This document shows, one piece after another, positions 18,673 through 27,423 of a stretch of 64,000 nucleotides of DNA. The stretch spans positions 830-64,829 of IMG/VR virus record IMGVR_UViG_3300008267_000148. One strand, 5' to 3'. The notes below the pieces were generated by a model. That model searched no databases, was not told the origin of the DNA, and saw nothing but the letters and a program-made list of their open reading frames with translations. The position numbers and the translations under genes were made by a program. Position 1 is the first letter of the stretch. Each line of letters opens with the position of its first letter. The DNA comes from a virus (taxonomy: Duplodnaviria; Caudoviricetes).

Positions 18673-19407
18673 CTATTTTTGGATTCTACCTAATCCTTCC
18701 ACCAAATTTTTCAAATTTCTATCAGTTTTGATATTAACTTTTTCAATAATAAATTCAAAGGTATCATCCTCAGGGTTGTGAATAAATCCAACCTCAACAC
18801 TGGTGTCGTTACCATTATGGATTGTGAACTTACTAGTGTTTCGATAATCTCTATGAATATAGTTCCAAGGATATTGTTTACCCAATTCTAGGTATGCACG
18901 ATTGTTAAGGTTTTTTCTCTCATCCTCTCTTTTTTGAGCTTCCAACTTACCATCGATAAATTCAAGTATTTTTTTGGCAACAGTAACACCATTTTTACAA
19001 TAACGACCACTTTCATAGTTGATATAGGTTCTTACTTTATAACCTTCATTACGAGAACCGTATGAATTTCTTGAGGATACAAAGTGTTCTGAAATATCCA
19101 CTCTAACACTGCTTCTTGAGACATTTTCAGGTAGTTTACCTGTGTAGATAATTTCACATTCGTTATATGGTAACTCTAAAGTCTCAACAGGGAAGTGACT
19201 AACATAAACGTTAAAGTTCTCAACTCTTGGTTTTTTAACCAATTCAAAGTCATTAGAGACCTTTTGCATGTGAGAGAAATACAAATCAAAAGCGTCCTCT
19301 CTTTTCTTATAGTCCGTAGAACGACGGTTAATCGATATTAAAACTCGATTTTTTTCGTTCTCGTAACTTTTTTTAGCGGCTTCTTTATTTGTTTTGGTAG
19401 GGGTCAT
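18673..19407 (-). CDS. hypothetical early protein
   Basis: 244-aa ORF; TATCTTTG at 19428-19435. Confidence 0.75.
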   Translation of the reverse strand: MTPTKTNKEAAKKSYENEKNRVLISINRRSTDYKKREDAFDLYFSHMQKVSNDFELVKKPRVENFNVYVSHFPVETLELPYNECEIIYTGKLPENVSRSSVRVDISEHFVSSRNSYGSRNEGYKVRTYINYESGRYCKNGVTVAKKILEFIDGKLEAQKREDERKNLNNRAYLELGKQYPWNYIHRDYRNTSKFTIHNGNDTSVEVGFIHNPEDDTFEFIIEKVNIKTDRNLKNLVEGLGRIQK

Positions 19408-19442
19408 ATTCTCTGTGTTTGTGAATACAAAGATATTAAAAA

Positions 19443-19880
19443 TTACTTAATCTGCCGCATAATTTCCCGATTAATATCTTTTTCTTTTAAACTTTCCCTC
19501 TTATCGTAAAGTTTTTTACCCTTACCTAAGACAATTTCCATCTTTAATAATCCCTTCTCAGTGCTAAAAATCTTATAGGGTACCAGTGTCAAACCTTTTA
19601 CCAGTTCTTTTTGTAGTTTGACCAACTCTCGTTTCTTCATTAAGAGTTTACGCTCTCGTAGTGGTTCGTGAGTATAGGATTGTTTATACTCAGGAATGTT
19701 CATTCCCTTCACAAAAAGTTCACCATCGTTAAAGTAACAATACGCATCCACCAACGAGACTTTACTATCACGGATTGACTTCACCTCAGAACCCATCAGT
19801 TGAATCCCCACGGTAAACGTATCCACGAAGAAATACTCGTGACTCACTTTACGGTTTACTATGTTGACTGATTTTTTCAC
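19443..19880 (-). CDS. smpB: SsrA-binding protein (start revised to GTG at 19880)
   Basis: NRK..HEYF, GIQLMGSEVKSIR, HEPLRERKLL, GLTLVP, GKGKKLYDKRE. Confidence 0.93.
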   Translation of the reverse strand: MKKSVNIVNRKVSHEYFFVDTFTVGIQLMGSEVKSIRDSKVSLVDAYCYFNDGELFVKGMNIPEYKQSYTHEPLRERKLLMKKRELVKLQKELVKGLTLVPYKIFSTEKGLLKMEIVLGKGKKLYDKRESLKEKDINREIMRQIK

Positions 19881-19884
19881 ACCA

Positions 19885-19916
19885 CAAAGATACATAAAAA
19901 AAAACAAAACCCCAAA
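19885..19916 (-). promoter_or_regulatory. Bacteroidota sigma-A promoter TTTG-N20-TATCTTTG
   Basis: exact consensus, 4 nt upstream of the smpB GTG. Confidence 0.85.
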
Positions 19917-19939
19917 GAGTTTTTACACTTTTGGGGTTT
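19907..19939. terminator. intrinsic terminator overlapping the smpB -33 box
   Basis: aaaccccaaa...tttggggttt inverted repeat. Confidence 0.7.
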
Positions 19940-20012
19940 AAATAATTACCAACTTGTTAGAAAGGGGTGTTGGGCTTTGGTATCACATAAATACATGATA
20001 ATTTTAAAAAAA

Positions 20013-20438
20013 CTACTCTTGAGTTAAAATATTTTGAATTAATTTGTATAATTGGTCGGTTTTATCCTCAATCGGTAAATTATCTACCGTAAAATACCCA
20101 CATTCAGTGTGTTCGTCACCATCTTCAGCATTTTCTAAATCAGGTATGATTCTCTCATCGCTCTCTAATAAGAACACATACATTAAACCTCGGTGTTCAC
20201 TACCATCACGATTTGTTCGATTAACAAAACCAATTAATTGTAACTTTCCTGAAATCAAATGATTTGTTTCTTCTTTAAATTCTCTTCTCGCAGCATCAGC
20301 CGGTGATTCAACACCATCAATTTTACCCGCGGGTACAGACCAAACGCCTGGTAAGTCACCTTTATTATTTCTTTTACATAACAAAACTTCATCACCAACT
20401 TTAACTAAAACACCGACATATCGTTTTAAAATTTCCAT
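20013..20438 (-). CDS. NUDIX hydrolase
   Basis: Nudix box AGKIDGVESPADAARREFKEET. Confidence 0.9.
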   Translation of the reverse strand: MEILKRYVGVLVKVGDEVLLCKRNNKGDLPGVWSVPAGKIDGVESPADAARREFKEETNHLISGKLQLIGFVNRTNRDGSEHRGLMYVFLLESDERIIPDLENAEDGDEHTECGYFTVDNLPIEDKTDQLYKLIQNILTQE

Positions 20439-20467
20439 TTTATATCTTTCTTTATATTTATGTTTAT

Positions 20468-20809
20468 ATGATAATAAGTATTAACAAGAATAAATTCAAG
20501 GTCAAAGTTATGATTTCACCTCGTGATACCCAAAAAGGTATGATGGGTCGTAAGTTTGACTCAACCTTCAACGGAATGTTATTCTTAATGGATGGTGATG
20601 AACAATGTTTCTGGATGAAAAATTGTATAATACCTTTAGACATTATCATGATTGACGGTAACACTATTACAGAAATCCACCATAGTTGCCCACCATGTAC
20701 TACAGATGAATGTAATAATTATTGTGGTGAAGGTGATGTAGTATTAGAACTACCTTCAGGTACCTGTAAAAAATTAGGTTTTCAAATCGGTGATGAGGTT
20801 ACATTTTAA
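20468..20809 (+). CDS. DUF192 family protein
   Basis: GMM.R...GMLF...FWMKNC.IPLDII...VLEL..G. Confidence 0.85.
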   Translation: MIISINKNKFKVKVMISPRDTQKGMMGRKFDSTFNGMLFLMDGDEQCFWMKNCIIPLDIIMIDGNTITEIHHSCPPCTTDECNNYCGEGDVVLELPSGTCKKLGFQIGDEVTF

Positions 20810-22215
20810 TCCTCACCATTAATCTTCTCTTGTAATTTTTTAACCAATTCACTTTGAATCATCTTTGTGAACTTCACATAAGGTGTGTCATCAGACTCAG
20901 GGTCATATTTGTATTTACCTGCCGGTGGTCTTTTACTTCTACCTAAATAACTTAAACCAGAAATGTTTGTAATACATTTGTGACCACCACTATTCGACTG
21001 AATTAAATCCCAAGCGTTTACCGTAACGTTATCCAAGTCTTCCATCTCTTCAGGTGTAAGGTCACTAAATGGTTTTTCCATCATCCCACCAATCTGAGTT
21101 AAGATATCACGACCGTTCTCAATTGTCTTAAAGTTTTTACCATATAAAGCAACGAAATCTTTAAATGTAAAACCAACTGACTCTGGTCCGAAATCTTTAC
21201 CTGACTCTGAAATCCATTTGATAGTTGATAAAGGAATTTGTCTTTCTTTTAATTGGTCTTCCCATTTCGCAAGAACCTCTTGAGCAATCTCACCTAAGTT
21301 AACACCTTTTAATTCACGTTCTTTTTTAAATGGATTACAAGACGCTTGTACTAAACCTAAAGGCCAAGCAATTACTAAGAAGTCAGCTTCAGGGTTATTC
21401 TTGAATGGTGTGTATCGGTCATAAGAACCTGGTTTCATCATAGAACCACCACCATATTGAACAATAACATTACCTTGTACATTTACGTTAGGGTGGTTTT
21501 TCATTTGTTCAATATAACCTTCTCTGTTCTTTTGTAGTTGTTCGATTGGGGCGTAACCCTTCTCGTTCATAATACGTTTGATATTCATCACCAAATTAAG
21601 TAATGATGGTGAAGTTTCCATAACCAACTCTTCTAAGAAACCTGGTTTGTTTTTAAACGCTAATAATAATTTGTTAGCAACCAAACCTAAGGCTTGTTTA
21701 TTCTTAGCCGCTGGTGAGTTTTTGTCTAACTTAAATAAATAATTAATTACTTGGTCAACGCTAACTTCATTTGCCGCGTAGTTAGCCGAGTCAACCATAG
21801 ATATCAATTGAATGTCTTCAGGTGAAAACAATTCTTTTGGTGATACCACTTGTGAAATAGTTTCAACGTTTGAACGTGAGTGTCTGAATGATGTTGATTT
21901 AGTATCTTCAGCACCGGCTTGTCTATCGTGGTGGTCAGTATGAATAACGAACATTGGTTTACCGTGAGCAAAGTCGACTAATACAGGCATCGTATCTCCC
22001 TGAGCGTCATTCTTTTTAACCGCAAACTCCTTATCTCCGTATTGAATGATGTGAGCACCAACGACTTTAATTCCGTTGTTCTCCAAATACTTCTTCATTG
22101 CAATTGCCGTTGTTACACCATCTAAATCTTGGTGAAAATATATTTCAGCCTTAGGATATCTTTCAGCAATTTTCTTAATATCTCTTAAACCACTTTCTTT
22201 TAATAACTTTTTCAT
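20806..22215 (-). CDS. DHH-superfamily phosphoesterase-like protein with LKES leader
   Basis: HQDLDG, VDF, DHH and C-terminal GGH motifs. Confidence 0.75.
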   Translation of the reverse strand: MKKLLKESGLRDIKKIAERYPKAEIYFHQDLDGVTTAIAMKKYLENNGIKVVGAHIIQYGDKEFAVKKNDAQGDTMPVLVDFAHGKPMFVIHTDHHDRQAGAEDTKSTSFRHSRSNVETISQVVSPKELFSPEDIQLISMVDSANYAANEVSVDQVINYLFKLDKNSPAAKNKQALGLVANKLLLAFKNKPGFLEELVMETSPSLLNLVMNIKRIMNEKGYAPIEQLQKNREGYIEQMKNHPNVNVQGNVIVQYGGGSMMKPGSYDRYTPFKNNPEADFLVIAWPLGLVQASCNPFKKERELKGVNLGEIAQEVLAKWEDQLKERQIPLSTIKWISESGKDFGPESVGFTFKDFVALYGKNFKTIENGRDILTQIGGMMEKPFSDLTPEEMEDLDNVTVNAWDLIQSNSGGHKCITNISGLSYLGRSKRPPAGKYKYDPESDDTPYVKFTKMIQSELVKKLQEKINGED

Positions 22216-22220
22216 AATAA

Positions 22221-23345
22221 TTATCTACCTAATAATGAACCAATCAATGAAGAAAACGCATCTCCACCAACTTTATTTGTCGCTGCTTGTCCAACCATAT
22301 TACCCATACCTGATTCAGATGGTGGTGGTGGTACTTCACCCATTTCGTTACTCCATGTTTGTTGAGCTTCAGGTGTCTGAGAATATTGGTCCCATTTTTC
22401 TTCAGCATTTGGTACTTGGGACAATAATTCATCAGGACCAATAAAGTTTCCGATACCTAACCAATCTAAGAAACCTAAATAAGTTTTAGTACGTCTCATT
22501 AATGAACGAGTTGCGGGATTACCACCAAATATTCTTGGTACACCAGCGGATATTTTTTGACCTAAAGTCGCGTCGGACTTCATATATTTCAACCAAGAGT
22601 TTTTCACGTCTTTATGACCTCTAAACATTTTACCTTGTTCTTTCTCAAGTTGTTTCATCAACTGAGTTTTTTCAGCTGAACTTAAACTTTTTTCAACATT
22701 TACTAATTTACCGTCTTTAACAACGTTTGTTGGCATTTTAAGTTCACGACTAGCCTTTGTGAAAATACCAACAAATTCTTCAACCGCTTTAACCATAGGC
22801 ATTCCAATACCGGGTACTTTACCAACTGACGCTTTTAAAACATCCATTAATTTAGAACCCCAACTTGGAGCTTTCTCAACCATTTTGGCAACAGGTCCAC
22901 CAGCTACTTTAGCGGTTTCTGCTATTTTAACCGCATCACCCGCAACAACCGCACCTCTAAAAGCTTTAGTTGCGGCACCACCGGCTTTAAGTACCCCAAC
23001 AACAGGTTTAGCAATTGCATCACCAAGTAATGGGACTACCGATATCCAAGATAAAACCGCGAATAATTTATCACCTTGTCTCCAATAACTAACCCCGTTA
23101 ACTAAATCAACCACACCTGTTGGGTCGAAGATACCTACGATATCACCAACTGTGTTGTACCACTTACTTTCATTTAATGTTTTGGCTTTTTCAGGGTAAA
23201 TGGTTTTTAACATTTCAACAACAATAATCTTGTCATTCTTACTTAAACCATTCCACTTCTCCTCTATGATTTTACTATATTCTTCGTTATAAATCTCTAG
23301 AATTCTATCCTTAACTTGAGATTCCGTTAATTTTTTGCTGGTCAT
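22221..23345 (-). CDS. putative virion-ejected protein with LTESQ leader and pre-toxin-TG-like hydrophobic segment
   Basis: MTSKKLTESQ; DIVGIFDPTGVVDLVNGVSYW..GD...A.LS...VPLLGD; Ala/Gly-rich; TATTTAT at 23361-23367. Confidence 0.65.
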   Translation of the reverse strand: MTSKKLTESQVKDRILEIYNEEYSKIIEEKWNGLSKNDKIIVVEMLKTIYPEKAKTLNESKWYNTVGDIVGIFDPTGVVDLVNGVSYWRQGDKLFAVLSWISVVPLLGDAIAKPVVGVLKAGGAATKAFRGAVVAGDAVKIAETAKVAGGPVAKMVEKAPSWGSKLMDVLKASVGKVPGIGMPMVKAVEEFVGIFTKASRELKMPTNVVKDGKLVNVEKSLSSAEKTQLMKQLEKEQGKMFRGHKDVKNSWLKYMKSDATLGQKISAGVPRIFGGNPATRSLMRRTKTYLGFLDWLGIGNFIGPDELLSQVPNAEEKWDQYSQTPEAQQTWSNEMGEVPPPPSESGMGNMVGQAATNKVGGDAFSSLIGSLLGR

Positions 23346-23390
23346 GATATTATTTTTAATATAAATATCATAAAAACAAAAAAGAGGACT

Positions 23391-24254
23391 TTATTTGTCC
23401 TCTTCCGCGAATTCAATCTTCACTTGTTTCTTTTCATCCACAAAATGTTGGACTCGAGCTCTCGCTATTTCAGCATAATTTGGTGATAATTCTATACCTA
23501 ACCATCGTCTATCTAACGTCTCCGCAGCGACCAAACTAGTTCCTGAACCTGCGAATGGGTCAAGGACCACATCATTCTTGTATGTAAGAATTTTAATCGC
23601 CTTTGTTGGGATATCCATTGAGAAAGTTGCCTTCGTTAAACTCTTTGTGTCGGCAAAGTAGTTCCATTGTCCAAACACTAAATCAATAAACTCTCGTTTC
23701 TGTGTTTCGGTATAGAATGTTTTGTTTCTCATATTACCATTCTTATCCTCAACCTCACCAAGTTCACCAACCCACTCAGGAGTACCTTTAACTTTCTTAA
23801 TATGGTTTTTCTTATAAGCCAACACAACACACTCTTTAGGGTTGTATATATAAGGTGCTGATGGACTCATCCAAGAACCCCAAGCCGTGGTACGACTTCT
23901 ATGTGGTGATTCTTCCTCAAGGTCAACAATTCCGAAAAACTTATAACCAATCTTCTTCATAATCTGCCAAACCTCACTAACAATGAATACTCGTCCACCT
24001 TTGGCTTGTCGATTAATTTCATAAGGAATGTTTAATGCGATACGACCATCGTCTTTTAAAACTCTAAAGGCTTCACTCATCCACTTCTCGGTGAATTCAA
24101 AGTACTCTTCAACCAACATATCATCTTCATGGACATCGTAAGCAATTCCAACACCATAAGGGGGTGACGTAACAATTAGGTCAACACTTCCCTCAGGGAG
24201 TGTTTTCATCACTTCAATACAATCCCCGTTTATAATTTTACCTGTTTCTATCAT
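23391..24254 (-). CDS. orphan DNA methyltransferase, beta class (N4-C/N6-A)
   Basis: TSPPY near N-terminus, DPFAGSGT near C-terminus. Confidence 0.92.
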   Translation of the reverse strand: MIETGKIINGDCIEVMKTLPEGSVDLIVTSPPYGVGIAYDVHEDDMLVEEYFEFTEKWMSEAFRVLKDDGRIALNIPYEINRQAKGGRVFIVSEVWQIMKKIGYKFFGIVDLEEESPHRSRTTAWGSWMSPSAPYIYNPKECVVLAYKKNHIKKVKGTPEWVGELGEVEDKNGNMRNKTFYTETQKREFIDLVFGQWNYFADTKSLTKATFSMDIPTKAIKILTYKNDVVLDPFAGSGTSLVAAETLDRRWLGIELSPNYAEIARARVQHFVDEKKQVKIEFAEEDK

Positions 24255-24284
24255 AAAATATTTTTAATAAGTATAGGTCTTTTT

Positions 24285-24473
24285 TTACTTAGATTCAACC
24301 ATAGTATAGGCATCACACTCAACTTTTTTAGTTGTTTTACAACCTAGTAACATACTAACAAATAATACACCAAAAATTAAGGTTAAGATAACTATCGCAG
24401 TCGACGCGACTTTATATGAAAATCGTATTTGATTTTCTGATTTTCCTTGCCAATCATTCTTATTCCACAACAT
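24285..24473 (-). CDS. small membrane/lipoprotein-like protein
   Basis: hydrophobic helix ending LLGC. Confidence 0.6.
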   Translation of the reverse strand: MLWNKNDWQGKSENQIRFSYKVASTAIVILTLIFGVLFVSMLLGCKTTKKVECDAYTMVESK

Positions 24474-24795
24474 TGTCTTCTAGTGTTTCTACGTGATGTT
24501 GGAGATACCAAAGAGCTTTCTTTAAGTCCTCCAATTCTTTTTCTTTATTCTTCTTTCCGGCCCTTGAAATGTATTTAACCGTATTACCCAAAGAGAATCC
24601 TAAACCCCAAGCATCTATTACTTTAATTGCTTCGTAAGGGTTATTTTCTCCACCATAATGTTGTGGGTGATTTACTTGTTCTTTTTGAGGTGGTGGTGGT
24701 GGATTCCTATGTCCCGGCATGTTGTTTACTTGTTCCACTTTTGGTGAGGTACACTGACAAAGTACGTTAGCCCCACATACACATTCTTTTTCCAT
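24460..24795 (-). CDS. DUF3310 (T7 gp1.7-like) protein
   Basis: VNHPQHY, GNTVKYISRAGKK, EDLKKALWYL; start revised to MEKEC. Confidence 0.85.
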   Translation of the reverse strand: MEKECVCGANVLCQCTSPKVEQVNNMPGHRNPPPPPQKEQVNHPQHYGGENNPYEAIKVIDAWGLGFSLGNTVKYISRAGKKNKEKELEDLKKALWYLQHHVETLEDNVVE

Positions 24796-24796
24796 A

Positions 24797-26029
24797 TTAA
24801 TCATTGTAAATTGAGCCGTTTTTATCATTTTCGAATTCTATCTCAGTAGATTCAATGTTAGCCTTAGATTCCATCATTTCTTCCGTTAATTCGTAATCAT
24901 CCTCATCCCTATATTCTTTTAAAAGTTCTTCAGGTTTTAACACCCCATTAAATTTTGATGCAATGTCATCAAACTTCTTAATATCAACATTAGTGTACAT
25001 ATTACGATGAGCAACTGATAACTCATCCGCCATGTCTAAACTTCTAATAATTTCTCTAATTATTTCATATGGGTTAGCATTTGACGCAGGTCTTCTATCT
25101 TCTAAATAACCTTTCCATTCTTTAGCTGTGTCTCTTGGAACTCTGATTGACGCACCTCTATCTGCAACACCCCAACTAAACTTATCAATCGATTGTGTCT
25201 CGTGTTTACCTGTTAATCTCATATCGTTATCTGAACCATAAACTTCAATGTGAGTATCTTTTCTAGTGTCAAACGCTTGGAAAATTGCCTTGAAGTATTC
25301 TTCGCCTCCTTTGTCTCTCATTTTTCCGGTTGAAAAGTTAGTATGTAAACCTGAACCATTCCAATCCATATTTTTACCCAATGGTTTTGGGTGGTATTCA
25401 ATGTGGTACCCGTATTTTTCAGATATTTTTTCCATAAAATATCTCGACATCCATAGGTCGTCACCAGCCTTTTTAGAACCTTTAGAGAATACTTGGTATT
25501 CCCATTGTCCTAAAGCAACCTCAGCATTAACACCGGTAATTGTTATTCCATGAGACAAACACATATCTAAATGTTCTTCAACTAACTCCCTACCAACAAC
25601 ACTTGAGCCAACACCACAATAGAACCTACCTTGAGGTTCTGAATTTAATGTGTGACCTAAAATATTACCTCGTTTACCTTCTTTAATAAAATATTCTTGT
25701 TCAAATCCAAACCAAATATCTGAATCACTATTAATGTCCGCCCTACGGTTTGATGGGTGTGGTGTTCCGTCAGGATACATCACTTCACAAAAAACATAAA
25801 TCTTATCTAACTTGTCATTCATATAAAGTCTGACAGGTTCTAAAATACAATCAGAATCGTGTCCTTCCGCTTGTTGTGTTGATGAACCATCAAAATTCCA
25901 CTTTGGTATATTTGCAAATACTGGTTTACCATTATCGAACAAAAGACTCTTGTCAACAACTTTAATTTTACTCCTTAAATTTGGTTCTGGCGTATAACCA
26001 TCTAACCATACATACTCTAATTTTATCAT
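24797..26029 (-). CDS. glnII: glutamine synthetase type II
   Basis: LEYVWLDG, LRSK, WNFDGSST.QA, FGFEQEY, NAEVALGQWEYQ, HPKP, WNGSGLHTNFS, RLTGKHET, RGASIRVP, YLEDRRPASN. Confidence 0.93.
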   Translation of the reverse strand: MIKLEYVWLDGYTPEPNLRSKIKVVDKSLLFDNGKPVFANIPKWNFDGSSTQQAEGHDSDCILEPVRLYMNDKLDKIYVFCEVMYPDGTPHPSNRRADINSDSDIWFGFEQEYFIKEGKRGNILGHTLNSEPQGRFYCGVGSSVVGRELVEEHLDMCLSHGITITGVNAEVALGQWEYQVFSKGSKKAGDDLWMSRYFMEKISEKYGYHIEYHPKPLGKNMDWNGSGLHTNFSTGKMRDKGGEEYFKAIFQAFDTRKDTHIEVYGSDNDMRLTGKHETQSIDKFSWGVADRGASIRVPRDTAKEWKGYLEDRRPASNANPYEIIREIIRSLDMADELSVAHRNMYTNVDIKKFDDIASKFNGVLKPEELLKEYRDEDDYELTEEMMESKANIESTEIEFENDKNGSIYND

Positions 26030-26286
26030 ACTTTTGAAATATAATATTTACCTATTTTAATTGATTTTTTCTTTCCTATTCTTTGTGAGAACCTCGGGGT
26101 TGTGGTAACATTAACCCCACACTTTTCACCAAACTTAATATATGAGGTATTATCACTATTACCAATAACAATATGATAATTACCAATCGTAATTATCCTT
26201 TGGGTTCCAAACCCATCTATCTTATATTTTTTGTGGTTTAACCACGTAGTACCCTTCGGATAACGGACTCTCTTCAATTTGGTCAT
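26026..26286 (-). CDS. hypothetical basic protein
   Basis: 86-aa ORF whose stop overlaps the glnII start. Confidence 0.55.
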   Translation of the reverse strand: MTKLKRVRYPKGTTWLNHKKYKIDGFGTQRIITIGNYHIVIGNSDNTSYIKFGEKCGVNVTTTPRFSQRIGKKKSIKIGKYYISKV

Positions 26287-26416
26287 CTTCGATTAATTTA
26301 TTTAAAATTCTCAATGTTTCCTCATCAGTTTCTTTCAAAATATATTTTGAAATATAAGAGATGTGAACGGGTTGTCTCAGTTTAGACATTAAGAGTTTGT
26401 TCTGATTTGGTGTCAT
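26222..26416 (-). CDS. small winged-helix-like hypothetical protein
   Basis: PVHISYISKYIL...LNKLIED..IEES...GYYVV; start revised to MTPNQ. Confidence 0.6.
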   Translation of the reverse strand: MTPNQNKLLMSKLRQPVHISYISKYILKETDEETLRILNKLIEDDQIEESPLSEGYYVVKPQKI

Positions 26417-26603
26417 AGTATTCTTTGATTTTGGTTTTAATTTCATCGTCAGTCATACCTTTTTCATGCCACCCAAAAACTTTTGATGCTAGGTCATCCA
26501 TGAAAATGAAAGCGTCGGCTTTAAACAATTTTTCCAATGATTTCTCACCTTTTAGGTAAGTTTCAATCACCCTTGTATCCACAAATCTTTTATTAAATCC
26601 CAT
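26382..26603 (-). CDS. hypothetical protein (MGFNKR...)
   Basis: 73-aa ORF coupled to the upstream gene. Confidence 0.7.
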   Translation of the reverse strand: MGFNKRFVDTRVIETYLKGEKSLEKLFKADAFIFMDDLASKVFGWHEKGMTDDEIKTKIKEYYDTKSEQTLNV

Positions 26604-27382
26604 TAGTCAGTTAATTTAGTTTCCCTTGTTACAATTTTTTTCTGTTGGTTGATAAAAGCAAGGACCTTTCGTTTGAATAATGGTAGTAAGGTTTCATCTA
26701 TTGGGAACACGTCTTTACAAACCATTTCAAAGATTGGATACTTATCTTCACCATTCTTTTCATAAGTTTTAGAAAAATTAGATAATAATTCAGGTATAGT
26801 CAAATTATTTCTCAAACCTTTATAAACTAATTTTGTCGTTGTCCTATATTGACTAACAGTCTTATAAACTCTTTTGGTTGTGTATTGCCAAATGTAAACC
26901 TCATCTTTCCGTTGGTAATAAAAGAAACCACTTTTACTTCGTAAATTATTTTTATTTCGTTTAGGGATAATGTCAATTGAATCAAAAGCAATTGTCCAAA
27001 CGGATTTTGCGAATTGGAAATAATCGTACAGTTGTGGTTGGCTATTTTTAAGAATTTGATGGTATTCAACAATTTCCTCCTCAGTTAAAACAGGAATATC
27101 TTTAACTTTTAAATCGGTTAACAATAATTCATCATCATTAGTTAAGAATTTTTTTTCGGTATATAAAATCTTGTTCTGATTAATTAACGTCTGAATGTTT
27201 CCTAAATGTAATGATAACTCAATAAACATCGGGTAAACTTCCATAGACTCCAAATGTTTATTTAATTTTTGGAAGTAGTCTAATAAAATATATTGTTTTT
27301 GTTCGGCGTCTAAAATACCCGTGAATAACCAATCAGTATCCATTAAAAACTCTACCTTTTTATTTTTTCTTTTCTTTTCCAT
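26603..27382 (-). CDS. hypothetical protein resembling a Bacteroidota conserved family
   Basis: W....D.E.KQY.LLDY.Q...YP...P..ETLLP..KR pattern (recalled, not searched). Confidence 0.7.
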   Translation of the reverse strand: MEKKRKNKKVEFLMDTDWLFTGILDAEQKQYILLDYFQKLNKHLESMEVYPMFIELSLHLGNIQTLINQNKILYTEKKFLTNDDELLLTDLKVKDIPVLTEEEIVEYHQILKNSQPQLYDYFQFAKSVWTIAFDSIDIIPKRNKNNLRSKSGFFYYQRKDEVYIWQYTTKRVYKTVSQYRTTTKLVYKGLRNNLTIPELLSNFSKTYEKNGEDKYPIFEMVCKDVFPIDETLLPLFKRKVLAFINQQKKIVTRETKLTD

Positions 27383-27423
27383 TCTTATTAGAAATATAAA
27401 AAGGTTTATTGAATTATGTAGTC

